Below the pieces are notes generated by a model, which searched no databases, was not told the DNA's origin, and saw only the letters and a program-made list of their open reading frames with translations. The position numbers and the translations under genes were made by a program. Below are positions 8,829 to 18,264 of a stretch of DNA of 64,000 bases, one piece after another (positions within the stretch are counted from its first letter, which is position 1; each line of letters opens with the position of its first letter). The stretch is taken from positions 17,223-81,222 of the forward strand of contig CAYZIR010000003.1 of NCBI GenBank assembly GCA_964478705.1. Direction: 5' to 3'. The DNA comes from an uncultured Candidatus Saccharibacteria bacterium. Its GTDB lineage: Bacteria > Patescibacteriota > Minisyncoccia > Phycocordibacterales > EsbW-18.

Positions 8829-10619
8829 TTACTCTTTGCGTTTTGCTTTCGAGCGTTCGTTCTCGGTCAAGAATTGTTTTCGCAAGCGCACTGACTTCGG
8901 TGTAATTTCAAGATATTCATCCTCTGACATGATTTCAAGCCCGCGCTCAATAGAGAGAATGAATGGTGGAACGAGCGTCAACGCTTCGTCGGTTCCCGAT
9001 GCGCGAACGTTTGAGAGTTGTTTACCCTTCGTTGGGTTAACCGGCATTTCCTCACCCTTTGAGGTGTTACCGATTACCATACCTTCATACACTTCGGTTG
9101 CAGGACCAATATAGAGCACACCGCGATCCTGCAATCCCCAGAGAGAGAAACCGAGCGACTTCCCTGTTGCCATTGAAATCATTGATCCAACGACTTTACG
9201 TCGGATTTCGCCAGCGTATGGGCGGAAACCAATCACACGTGATGCAAAAATACCTTCTCCTTTCGTATCAACAATAAATTGGTTTCGATATCCAAGAATA
9301 CCTCGTGTTGGACCCTCAAAGATGAGTCGAACACTCGTCTCATGTTGCTTCATATCTTTCATGATGAATCCACGCTGACCCAGTCGCTCAATAACAACGC
9401 CTTGGTAGATTGCTGGCGTGTCGATTGTCACTTCTTCAAACGGTTCAACCTTCTTCCCTTCTTCTTCCTTAATGATTACTTGTGGTTGTGAGACCTGTAC
9501 TTCGTATCCGGCACGACGCATGTTTTCCAAAAGGATCGAAATATGGAGCTCACCACGGCCGTATACCTTAAAATTTTCATTCGTTGCAAAATCAACGCGA
9601 AGTCCAACGTTCACTTCAAGCTCGCGTTCAAGATAGTCACGAATTTGACGTGATGTCACATACTTTCCTTCTTTACCAGCAAACGGAGAATTGTTGACCA
9701 AAAATTGAAGGACGATGGTTGGTTCGTCAACCGCAATCGCAGGAAGCGCTTCGGCATCTGCGCTCTGGCATACCGTCTCACCGATGTCGATTGCAGGCAA
9801 ACCGGCAATAATTGCAATATCGCCTGCGCCCGCTTCAGCAACCTCTGTTCGCTCAAGCCCAGTAAAAGTGAAAACGTTCGTGATTTTTCCAGGTCGTGTC
9901 TCCCCTTTCATATTTTTTACGAACACGTTCATACCTGCTTTCACGGTACCTTCATAAATACGTGCAACGGCAAGTCGACCGAGGAAGTTATCGTAGGCGA
10001 GGTTAAATGGCTGTAAACGAAGTGGTTTTGCAGACAGCTCGGCTGATGATGCAACAGGGACTTTCTCAAGAATCAAATCAAGGAGTGGCATCAGGTCTTT
10101 TTGTTCGTCGTCGAGCTTTCGCATCGCAACACCGTTGCGTCCAATTGCATACATCACTGGAAAATCTGCTTGCGCATCAGATGCGCCCAGCTCAAGGAAG
10201 AGTTCGAGCACTTGTTCCTCACAACGTGCAGGATCCGCGGCGGGCTTATCGATCTTGTTGATGATGACAATTGGTTTCAATCCGAGTTCGAGTGATTTCT
10301 TCAATACAAAACGAGTCTGTGGCATCGGACCTTCCTGTGCATCAACGACCAAAAGGACCGAGTCGATTGAACGAAGAACGCGCTCTACTTCAGAACCGAA
10401 GTCGGCGTGACCGGGGGTGTCAACGATGTTAATCTTCGTTCCCTTGTAGGAAACGGATGTGTTCTTGGCGTAAATGGTAATACCACGCTCTTGTTCAAGG
10501 GCGTTTGAGTCCATCGAGACACCTTCTTTGGTCGCCCCTGTCTGGCGCATCAAAGCATCGGTAAGAGTCGTCTTGCCGTGGTCAACGTGTGCAATGATTG
10601 CAATGTTTCGTATTTCCAT
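8829..10619 (-). CDS. typA: translational GTPase TypA/BipA
   Basis: IRNIAIIAHVDHGKTT, DTPGHADF, NKID, GRGELH, EITPKSVRLRK. Confidence 0.98.
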   Translation of the reverse strand: MEIRNIAIIAHVDHGKTTLTDALMRQTGATKEGVSMDSNALEQERGITIYAKNTSVSYKGTKINIVDTPGHADFGSEVERVLRSIDSVLLVVDAQEGPMPQTRFVLKKSLELGLKPIVIINKIDKPAADPARCEEQVLELFLELGASDAQADFPVMYAIGRNGVAMRKLDDEQKDLMPLLDLILEKVPVASSAELSAKPLRLQPFNLAYDNFLGRLAVARIYEGTVKAGMNVFVKNMKGETRPGKITNVFTFTGLERTEVAEAGAGDIAIIAGLPAIDIGETVCQSADAEALPAIAVDEPTIVLQFLVNNSPFAGKEGKYVTSRQIRDYLERELEVNVGLRVDFATNENFKVYGRGELHISILLENMRRAGYEVQVSQPQVIIKEEEGKKVEPFEEVTIDTPAIYQGVVIERLGQRGFIMKDMKQHETSVRLIFEGPTRGILGYRNQFIVDTKGEGIFASRVIGFRPYAGEIRRKVVGSMISMATGKSLGFSLWGLQDRGVLYIGPATEVYEGMVIGNTSKGEEMPVNPTKGKQLSNVRASGTDEALTLVPPFILSIERGLEIMSEDEYLEITPKSVRLRKQFLTENERSKAKRKE

Positions 10620-10651
10620 ACTTGTGAATTAATTGCACACGTTGTGCGAAA

Positions 10652-10723
10652 GGGGTCGGGAAAACTCTAGTTTTCCCGTATCGGAGAGCAGGGCGAAGCC
10701 CGCTGAGAACCGAGGGTTCTTAG
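10652..10723 (-). mobile_element. 72-nt triple-hairpin dispersed element, copy 1 (typA 5' end)
   Basis: 65/72 identical to 21853-21924; lies between perfect 32-bp direct repeats 10589-10620 and 10748-10779. Confidence 0.8.
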
Positions 10724-10747
10724 GAAGTGGCGTAGCCACGACTGAGG

Positions 10748-10779
10748 GTGCAATGATTGCAATGTTTCGTATTTCCATA
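10748..10779 (-). repeat. duplicated typA 5' end (codons 1-10)
   Basis: Exact 32-bp copy of 10589-10620. Confidence 0.95.
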
Positions 10780-10842
10780 TAAACAAAAAGAGCCGCGAGG
10801 GCTTTGACCCATCATACGATAAAAAGCTCTAAAAGACAACTC

Positions 10843-11436
10843 TTATGGCTTTAACCAGTGTCGCAACACCACGTGTCGGATACAAAGATGTATGAGTACA
10901 ACGACAACGACAAAAATGAGAAAGGACACCTCAAGCACGTGCACCATACCTGTGAATGTCTGCAATGTCATGTTGGTTGCATACGCAAGGAGAAGAATAC
11001 AGAGTGCAAGAGAAGCGGTCCCCAGTATATTCACAAACAGATAGCGCCAAAAAGGAGTCTTATACATACCGGACATCACTTGCACAACGGTACGCGTTCC
11101 GTAGACAAATTTTGATATGTAGAGCGTTTTCAATCTATGAACGATGAAAAAAGATGCGATACCTTCCATAACGCGCGACGCTCGTGACCCGATAATCCGT
11201 ATGACCGTGGTGCGAGCGAGGGATCGTCCCAATGCATACCATACGAGATCAGAGAGAAGCGCCGCGCTTATCATCAACCCGATGATAACCGATGTATCGA
11301 ATGTGCCTCGAAACGCCAAATACAGCGAAGGGAAAAATACCGTTTCCCCAAAAAAGAACAGACCAATGAAGATAAATATATACGGATGCAGGGAGAACGG
11401 TTCAAGAAAACTCTGTAGTATCGTCAAGAAATCCAT
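10843..11436 (-). CDS. DedA/VTT-family membrane protein
   Basis: FFGET, SDLVWYALGR, SKFVYGTR motifs. Confidence 0.85.
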   Translation of the reverse strand: MDFLTILQSFLEPFSLHPYIFIFIGLFFFGETVFFPSLYLAFRGTFDTSVIIGLMISAALLSDLVWYALGRSLARTTVIRIIGSRASRVMEGIASFFIVHRLKTLYISKFVYGTRTVVQVMSGMYKTPFWRYLFVNILGTASLALCILLLAYATNMTLQTFTGMVHVLEVSFLIFVVVVVLIHLCIRHVVLRHWLKP

Positions 11437-11511
11437 ACCTGACAGTGTAACAAATATCTGTATCGCTCTGTAAAAAATTTTATTTCACGACACTCGTAAT
11501 GCAACCATCAT

Positions 11512-12069
11512 TTACAATGCGCGTGCTGTAAGTCCGATAATGGCAATACCGATGAAGTTAAAGATGAATGAAAGAGTAACAAACCACGAAGCACGAATAC
11601 GAGCGAGACCCAGCAAACTGACGCCAAGTTCGTCCGGTAGTGGCGACGCGATAACAAATCCACCCGCAAGAAATGTAATGAATCGAACAAGCCTTGAGCG
11701 CATCAAATGTCGTGCCCGTTTCCACATATTTTGATGATGCACAAGTTCCACCAAATGGCTTGAGAGTTTGTCTTTAACAAACATAAATATCACCAAATCC
11801 CCAATGACAGCACCGAGTGCACCGAGGAGTGCTGTGAGCCACACACTCTGAGCTTGCGCAATTTCACCAAGCGTCACGATTGCGGGCGCCGTGGTAAATA
11901 CTGTCGTAAAAAACATCCCCGCGATGAAGCTTCCGATGAGTTCAAGCTCTTGTGTCGATGTGAGAATACGAACAAGTATATCTGTCTTTACCAAGATAAG
12001 AGCAATGATTATTGAAAGGACAATAATCCCGACATCGTGAAGTATGAGCGCTGCCTCGTTCTGTTTCAT
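11512..12069 (-). CDS. conserved hypothetical membrane protein
   Basis: Multi-TM, IASPLPDELG motif. Confidence 0.8.
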   Translation of the reverse strand: MKQNEAALILHDVGIIVLSIIIALILVKTDILVRILTSTQELELIGSFIAGMFFTTVFTTAPAIVTLGEIAQAQSVWLTALLGALGAVIGDLVIFMFVKDKLSSHLVELVHHQNMWKRARHLMRSRLVRFITFLAGGFVIASPLPDELGVSLLGLARIRASWFVTLSFIFNFIGIAIIGLTARAL

Positions 12070-12453
12070 TTAGAAAATATAGCGTCCAAAAATAAGAATA
12101 CCGACACCAAGTGCCATACATGCCGAGATAAGAACGGCTGACGCAGCGACATCTTTCGTGTCTCGTGCGTATGGATGGTACTCGGGAGAGGTGAGGTCAA
12201 TATCAATTTCAATCGCAGTATTAAATGCTTCTGCAGCCAAAACAATACCTCCGACAAGAATCAAAACAATCCACTCACTGTGTGTAATGCGAAAATAAAA
12301 ACCTAAGAACAGCGCAATTGCAAAAACAACAATGTGAATCCACGCGTTATGAGTGGTCTTGAGGAATATCCATAGCCCTCGCCCTGCGTGGGTAAAACTC
12401 TTCGCGCGTTTTACGAGCGAGAAATTCTTTTTGTCATCCGGTGTGAGCTCCAT
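12070..12453 (-). CDS. dgkA: diacylglycerol/undecaprenol kinase
   Basis: SFTHAGRG, EAFNTAIE, KDVAASAV. Confidence 0.92.
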   Translation of the reverse strand: MELTPDDKKNFSLVKRAKSFTHAGRGLWIFLKTTHNAWIHIVVFAIALFLGFYFRITHSEWIVLILVGGIVLAAEAFNTAIEIDIDLTSPEYHPYARDTKDVAASAVLISACMALGVGILIFGRYIF

Positions 12454-12478
12454 AGAGAAAGTATACCAATAAAATCTT

Positions 12479-12799
12479 TCAGGAAGTGGGCTCTAGGTGG
12501 GAGAACCATTTTTTATTGATGGCTGAAACGAGATCGATTCCTTCGTTGTGAGCAAAAACGAGCAGGTAGCCAAATACGTCAGCACATTCTTGCGCAAGTA
12601 ATTCAGCAATTTCCTCTTTACTCTTCCCTTTCTGTCGCCCTCGGTCGGTGAGCATGAGATATGCTTGTATACATTCGCCCCACTCTTCAGTGATTTTAAA
12701 CGGAAGATAGTCAGTGCCCATGTGAACATCTGGATACATTTCTTTGTATTTTTCTATAAGGAGTACAGCTCGAGACGTAAGAGTAGAGAGTGAATCCAT
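12479..12799 (-). CDS. MazG-like nucleotide pyrophosphohydrolase
   Basis: KITEEWGE...ECADVFGYL...INKKW. Confidence 0.85.
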   Translation of the reverse strand: MDSLSTLTSRAVLLIEKYKEMYPDVHMGTDYLPFKITEEWGECIQAYLMLTDRGRQKGKSKEEIAELLAQECADVFGYLLVFAHNEGIDLVSAINKKWFSHLEPTS

Positions 12800-12801
12800 A
12801 C

Positions 12802-13377
12802 TTAATTGCCATAACGTCGAATAACGGATCGAACAACCGCAGCAACATTCATCTCCTCTTGAGGATAGATATTTTTATATTTTTTATTACCGGGCTCAAG
12901 ATAGAATCCATCAGCATTTTTGCGCAAATATTTTAGCGTCCACCCCCCATCAATGTACGCAATAACAATGTCACCGATTTTGTGTTTATCGGTACGTTCA
13001 ACAAGAACAAAATCTCCTTCAAAAATGCCGGCATCCTCCATCGAATCTCCTTTGACGCGAAGAATGAAGGTTGCATCATGATCACGAACCAACCATTCAT
13101 CGAGTGTTGTAGTATCAAAAACCGCTTCATCAGTTGGCGACGGTATACCAGCCTCAACGAGACCAAGCATTGCAATTTCACCAAAGAGCTTTGTCGGCGT
13201 AAGACGACCAAGATGGTCTTTCATTACGACGCCGGCATCTAGAAGTTTATCGACGACCTTTGCAACCGCATTTTTTGATTTAAAACCGAAGAGACGCGCC
13301 ATCTCTGCATACGACGGCATCCGTTTATTCGTTCCGTAGAAACGGTCTATTTTTTGTGAGTATTCGTTGAGGTTCAT
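12802..13377 (-). CDS. lexA: LexA repressor
   Basis: PSYAEMA HTH, EAG cleavage site, GDSM serine and TLK lysine dyad. Confidence 0.93.
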   Translation of the reverse strand: MNLNEYSQKIDRFYGTNKRMPSYAEMARLFGFKSKNAVAKVVDKLLDAGVVMKDHLGRLTPTKLFGEIAMLGLVEAGIPSPTDEAVFDTTTLDEWLVRDHDATFILRVKGDSMEDAGIFEGDFVLVERTDKHKIGDIVIAYIDGGWTLKYLRKNADGFYLEPGNKKYKNIYPQEEMNVAAVVRSVIRRYGN

Positions 13378-13571
13378 TAGAAGAGTGCGATTGCACCTGC
13401 AAGACGCGCAAAGAATGGTTGACGACGCTCGCGTCGCGCTTGCTGTATGAGTTCGCGGTGACGCTTTGCTTCAGATCTATATGATAGCCCGTGAAGAATC
13501 TTTTCATCAATGAGAAGGTTGAGTGTATTCAACTGATTCTCAATGCTCTCCTGGTATTGTTTGTAATTCAT
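13377..13571 (-). CDS. hypothetical protein co-transcribed with lexA
   Basis: 64 aa ORF whose stop overlaps the lexA start. Confidence 0.7.
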   Translation of the reverse strand: MNYKQYQESIENQLNTLNLLIDEKILHGLSYRSEAKRHRELIQQARRERRQPFFARLAGAIALF

Positions 13572-13609
13572 AGTGATATGCAGTACTACTCCCCTGTAAT
13601 GATGATTGT

Positions 13610-13639
13610 AGTATAGGTGAACAGTCGTTCACCATGCAA
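13610..13639 (-). promoter_or_regulatory. lexA-operon promoter with SOS box
   Basis: TTGCAT-N18-TATACT; the spacer is the palindrome GGTGAAC-N4-GTTCACC (13616-13633). Confidence 0.75.
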
Positions 13640-13670
13640 GTATACCTGTGGACAACTCACGTATGGCACG

Positions 13671-13700
13671 AAAAAGCCCGCCCCATAGCATGGGGCGGGC
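13671..13700 (-). terminator. intrinsic terminator of the ABC exporter gene
   Basis: GCCCGCCCCA/TGGGGCGGGC stem followed by a U tract on the minus strand. Confidence 0.85.
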
Positions 13701-13714
13701 GTTGAATTACAACC

Positions 13715-15538
13715 TTATGCCAACAAATGATCTTGCCCAGCGATGAGCTTGCGAAACGTCGGTGACGTTTCGACCAGCTGATCAAACGATGAGCCGATCG
13801 ACTCAATCGTACCCTTCGCCAGAACGATAATGCGGTCTGCATCACGTACGGTCGAAAGCCGATGAGCAACGACGAGCATGCCAGATCCGTTAATCCACTT
13901 ACGAAGTCCTTCGAGAACTTCGGTTTCGGTGGAAGAATCAAGGGCACTCGTTGCTTCATCAACAATGAGAAGTTTCGGACGTTTGATAACCGCTGCTCCG
14001 ATTGCGAGGCGTTGCGCCTGACCGCCAGAGAGTTGCACCCCATCCCGACCAACGACGATATCAAGAAGATTCTCGTTCTTTGGTCGTACGCCGAAATCAA
14101 TCGCAAGATCGGATACAAGCTCAAGCAAGGACTCATCAGTCCACAGGTCGCGCTCATGTTCCGGAATACCGTACAAGAGATTGTCTCTCACGGTACCATC
14201 GAAAATGAGTGGTTTCTGTGGGATGTATCCAATTGCGTTCAAACGCGAACCGCTCTCGTAGGTGCGGATATCTCGCCCGTTAATGAGCACACGACCCGAG
14301 AGCGGATCCATGAAGCGCATCGCAAGGTACTGAATCGTTGACTTCCCCGAGCCCGTCGGACCGATGAGCGCAACAGTTTCTCCGGGAGAAACTGAAAACG
14401 AGATGTCGCGAATTGTTTCGTCCGCATGCGGATACGAATACGACACGCGATCAAACTCGAGTGTAAGCGCACTGCTCGCATCGACAACCTCTGCACCGGT
14501 ATCATCAACGGCATCAGGAGTGATATCGAGCGTTTCGCGCATCACCTGAATCGCAGGAATTGCCGAATAAATGTTGCGCTCGATGAATCGAACACGCCAG
14601 ATATTCGAGATGATTTGTGATGACCACGCGAAGAGTGGATACAGCATACTGATTGTCGCTCCGCTACCTTCAACAGCCCGCATCGACTCACGGCAAAAGA
14701 CAATCAGCATGGCGACAACCATCAGTGAGTCCATCGCTGTGACGTGCTTGCTGTGGTGTGTCCAGAAAATCCGGTCACGCACGGCAACGTCAAGCCACCG
14801 TTCTGTGATCCGCCCGACTTCAAAGCTCTTCCGGTTCGACGTGTATACCCGCTCGAAAAGCCGGAATACTTCAGCGAAGAAACGCCTAAAGCGACTGAAG
14901 TCACGCTCAATCGGTGTGCAAACAACGGCGACAAGATAGTTCAGATACACTGACCATGCCAAGTTGATGGCGATGGCGATCCCGAGAACGACTCCACCAA
15001 ACGGCGAGACCGTCCACACAAGAACGTATGCAATAACAATCATACAGGCTACTTCGACAAACTCGGGAATTTGCCCGATGTACATGTCAAAGGCCTTGTC
15101 TTTCCCTTTGCTGACGCTCTCGTAGTTCAGTGTTTTTACGTGACGGTGTTGGCTCGGTGACTTTTCAAAGAACCGTTCCGCGACTCTGACATAGATATTG
15201 CGCGTCGAAAGCCCAAACAGGTGTTCGTGCGCCATCCAGTAGAGAAACGACATAAGCTTGTTGAGAAGCATGAGCACTCCAAGAACGAGCGCCGTTATGA
15301 CGATTCGATTGGAATCTTTGCCAACCACGCCTTGAAAAATCTTTCCGATGACAAACGGTTGAAACATACTCAACGTTACCGCGCCAAATGCAAAGAGATA
15401 TTTCGCACGAAGCCACGGCCGTACATCCGGTGAATCGGCAAGAGCAAAGACGTAGCGAATCGTTCGCAGTGTACCCCAGAGCTCTTTGAGAAATCCCTTG
15501 AACGTTGCCGGAGCTGTCGCTTCGATTTCAGTGTCCAT
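13715..15538 (-). CDS. ABC exporter, fused permease/ATPase (MdlB/MsbA-like)
   Basis: Six-TM domain plus GPTGSGKS, LSGGQAQR, VDEATSALD, AHRLST. Confidence 0.93.
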   Translation of the reverse strand: MDTEIEATAPATFKGFLKELWGTLRTIRYVFALADSPDVRPWLRAKYLFAFGAVTLSMFQPFVIGKIFQGVVGKDSNRIVITALVLGVLMLLNKLMSFLYWMAHEHLFGLSTRNIYVRVAERFFEKSPSQHRHVKTLNYESVSKGKDKAFDMYIGQIPEFVEVACMIVIAYVLVWTVSPFGGVVLGIAIAINLAWSVYLNYLVAVVCTPIERDFSRFRRFFAEVFRLFERVYTSNRKSFEVGRITERWLDVAVRDRIFWTHHSKHVTAMDSLMVVAMLIVFCRESMRAVEGSGATISMLYPLFAWSSQIISNIWRVRFIERNIYSAIPAIQVMRETLDITPDAVDDTGAEVVDASSALTLEFDRVSYSYPHADETIRDISFSVSPGETVALIGPTGSGKSTIQYLAMRFMDPLSGRVLINGRDIRTYESGSRLNAIGYIPQKPLIFDGTVRDNLLYGIPEHERDLWTDESLLELVSDLAIDFGVRPKNENLLDIVVGRDGVQLSGGQAQRLAIGAAVIKRPKLLIVDEATSALDSSTETEVLEGLRKWINGSGMLVVAHRLSTVRDADRIIVLAKGTIESIGSSFDQLVETSPTFRKLIAGQDHLLA

Positions 15539-15590
15539 GTCTCTTCTCCTTAGTGTAGAAGAACAATTGTTGGATTTGGTTGTGAAAGAA

Positions 15591-15623
15591 CAAAATACCC
15601 CGCCGGAATGGCGGGGTATTTTG
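15591..15623 (-). terminator. leader terminator or attenuator hairpin upstream of the ABC exporter
   Basis: CAAAATACCCCGCC-N5-GGCGGGGTATTTTG, 14-bp perfect stem. Confidence 0.8.
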
Positions 15624-15642
15624 AAAACTTAAAAAATAGAAA

Positions 15643-15774
15643 TTAAGTCCTCAGAACACACCGCCCATAGGCTACAAACGATGCAAAGGCACCATTGCCC
15701 TTGAATGCTGAAAGCACGACGCTATCACGCATGCAAGATGCCTCAATATTTGAAATGTGTGCGGTTGTTTTCAT
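15643..15774 (-). CDS. putative 43-aa leader peptide
   Basis: MKTTAHISNIEASCMRDSVVLSAFKGNGAFASFVAYGRCVLRT ends about 20 nt before the hairpin. Confidence 0.45.
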   Translation of the reverse strand: MKTTAHISNIEASCMRDSVVLSAFKGNGAFASFVAYGRCVLRT

Positions 15775-15944
15775 GATGTGACTTGCGTAAAGGCAAGGTA
15801 AAACCATTATATCATTGATGTTATAACTGTCAATCACCACTCATATCCCCTTTTTCTTGTCGTTTATAAGCAGTCTCTTGATAAAAATTGACTTATAACT
15901 TCAAGCCTGTAGGCTGATTCTGGAAAAGCACCTTGAAAGGAGAC

Positions 15945-16976
15945 GTGGTGATTCCCACTGACATCATCGAACGCATTGGAAAATTGCACGGATGTTTGTC
16001 GACCATCAAAACAACGAGCGGACGACGACAGTTCCCCAACCGAGAAGACGTGCTTCCGATGCAAAACATCTTCATCTCGGACACGGCAATTCTCATGAGT
16101 TCCAAAGTGTTTCGTTTGCTCGGATTGAAGACGCAGGTCGTCACGAGTCCACATGATCCGTTCATTCGGAATCGCATGACACACGTCATGGAAGTTGTCG
16201 CGTGTGCGACTGTTCTCGCCGAGATTCTCGGATTGAACACCGATCTCACGCACGCGATTGCTCTCGGACACGACATCGGACACGTGCCGTTCGGGCACCC
16301 CGGTGAGCACTTCCTCGCGAAAGCAATGGGACGTAAAGAATTCTGTCACGAAGTGCTCGGACCACTCGTTGCACAGAAAATCGAGCGACGAGGTTCGGGA
16401 CTGAACCTAACTTTTGAGACGCTCGACGGGATGATGCGTCACAGTGGCAACACTGCTCGCGAGGGCATGACCCCCGAAGCCTGGGTTGTGCGCTATGCCG
16501 ACAAACTCGCGTATATCTTTCATGACTGGAACGACATCAAGCGGATGGGGTACCCTGTCCCTGCCGAGCTCGTTTCACTCATGCATGAGTTCGGAGCAAA
16601 CCAACGCGAGCGAACTTCCACAGCAATGTCGGCACTCATTGAAGAATCCGCCGACTGTGGGCACGTGAGTTTCAAACACTCCCCACTCGCGCAGAAGTTT
16701 GAACAACTGCGCTCGCTGATGATGGGAATCTACCCACATCTGACACAGCAGGATTTGAGCGATGTGATGTCACCGGTTCTTGAGTTCCTGAAGGGACTCG
16801 ACATCGGCGACCCGTTCCTCCTTTTTTCGCTGATGACTGACAGGGACGTTCTTTTTCTTTCTGAACAGAAAACGAAAGACATCACGCACCTTCAGCACAC
16901 AGCGTTGAAAGAAATAATTCCTCACCTTTCGACCATCGGACCGATTGACCTTTGTTGTCCGTATCTCGACTGGTAA
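15945..16976 (+). CDS. HD-domain dGTP triphosphohydrolase-like protein
   Basis: FRLLGLKTQV, RNRMTH, HDIGHVPFGH, YADKLAY; GTG start after AAGGAG. Confidence 0.9.
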   Translation: MVIPTDIIERIGKLHGCLSTIKTTSGRRQFPNREDVLPMQNIFISDTAILMSSKVFRLLGLKTQVVTSPHDPFIRNRMTHVMEVVACATVLAEILGLNTDLTHAIALGHDIGHVPFGHPGEHFLAKAMGRKEFCHEVLGPLVAQKIERRGSGLNLTFETLDGMMRHSGNTAREGMTPEAWVVRYADKLAYIFHDWNDIKRMGYPVPAELVSLMHEFGANQRERTSTAMSALIEESADCGHVSFKHSPLAQKFEQLRSLMMGIYPHLTQQDLSDVMSPVLEFLKGLDIGDPFLLFSLMTDRDVLFLSEQKTKDITHLQHTALKEIIPHLSTIGPIDLCCPYLDW

Positions 16977-16983
16977 TACCGTG

Positions 16984-17012
16984 AGCCTCTCCACAATCCG
17001 GAGAGGCTTTTT
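16984..17012 (+). terminator. intrinsic terminator
   Basis: AGCCTCTCC/GGAGAGGCT plus T tract. Confidence 0.85.
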
Positions 17013-17106
17013 CGTACCTATCACCACACACGACTTCACATCATAGCCATCAAACTCTAACAGAGAAACGCTGGAAGCCCTTCGCCGAAGGCTATACTAT
17101 GGGGTT

Positions 17107-17748
17107 ATGGAACATCATCGAAAAAGCTTTTGGGAACAAGCCGGCGGAGCATCCGACTATAACGCTGAATGGAAAGAAAAAATCACCGGATACCTAAAGA
17201 AAATCTTGAAGCGAGAAGGTATCGAAATAGGTAGTGTCATTATAGATCTCGGTTCCGGCAAAAGACCTGTCTCTGAACACATCGCGCCTCCCGACAGCAA
17301 AGTTATCTATGTCGATTTTAACGCACCAGAAAAAGATCATGCGCACAATCAGCATGTGCACATCCAACGAGACATACACACTCTACTCGACGACGACTCT
17401 TTTTCTGCAAAACGAAGTTCGGTGGAGGTAGCCAAGTTTCTCGATGTAGCTCCTCGAAGTGACGACAGAGAGCGTGTAGATACCGTTATCATTTCGGATA
17501 TTTTAAATTACGTACCCTCAGAAAAAACCTTAGGAAAAATTCATACGTATCTAAAGCCAAACGGCATCGTAATTATCTTAAATCAACCTGGAAGAACGTT
17601 TGATTATGCTTCTCACACATTGAGCCCCGAGGGAGCTTCAAATAATAAAAATCTGAAGTCGTTCCTCACCGACACATTGGGAATGTCTCCTCTCTATGAA
17701 GAAACAACAAAAGAGGACTACTTCATTGGCGTCTACCAAAAACAATAG
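17107..17748 (+). CDS. class I SAM-dependent methyltransferase-like protein
   Basis: IIDLGSG motif I, ISDILNYV, LKPNG. Confidence 0.75.
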   Translation: MEHHRKSFWEQAGGASDYNAEWKEKITGYLKKILKREGIEIGSVIIDLGSGKRPVSEHIAPPDSKVIYVDFNAPEKDHAHNQHVHIQRDIHTLLDDDSFSAKRSSVEVAKFLDVAPRSDDRERVDTVIISDILNYVPSEKTLGKIHTYLKPNGIVIILNQPGRTFDYASHTLSPEGASNNKNLKSFLTDTLGMSPLYEETTKEDYFIGVYQKQ

Positions 17749-17762
17749 TGAAACCGCTGTTG

Positions 17763-18215
17763 CTATCCATTGAACGCTTCTTCTATTTTCGCAATTTCAA
17801 TCTTGGTCATCTGGAGCATGGCCTGCATTGCTCGTCCGGCTTTTTCTCGGTCTGGGTCACTCATCATAGTCATCAGAGCTTTTGGTGTGATCTGCCATGA
17901 AAGACCGAATTTGTCTTTCAACCATCCGCACGCTTGAATCTCCCCGCCGTCTCCCAATTTCTCCCAGTAGTAATCAACTTCCGCTTGGTCATCACAATTA
18001 ATCATCAGCGACAGTGCTTCATTTAGTTTGAATTGCGAACCACCGTTGAATGCGATGATGCGTTGCCCTTCGATTTCAAACGTCACACCAAAGGGCTTAT
18101 CGTCAGGTCCCGGCATGACACCAATAGTTTTTGAATTCTTAAAAATTCCGAGATAGAAAGCTACCGCGTCCTCTGCGTGGCTACCGAACCAGAGAAATGG
18201 GGTAATTTTGTTCAT
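17763..18215 (-). CDS. VOC/PhnB-family protein (3-demethylubiquinone-9 methyltransferase-like)
   Basis: ITPFLWF, CGWLKDKFGLSWQ. Confidence 0.92.
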   Translation of the reverse strand: MNKITPFLWFGSHAEDAVAFYLGIFKNSKTIGVMPGPDDKPFGVTFEIEGQRIIAFNGGSQFKLNEALSLMINCDDQAEVDYYWEKLGDGGEIQACGWLKDKFGLSWQITPKALMTMMSDPDREKAGRAMQAMLQMTKIEIAKIEEAFNG

Positions 18216-18264
18216 GATTGTTATTTATTTCTATAAATGCTGTGAATCCATGCTGAAACTTTTC

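Noticed and set aside
13647-13656. DnaA box or replication origin
   Set aside because: A single imperfect box with no cluster or AT-rich unwinding element.
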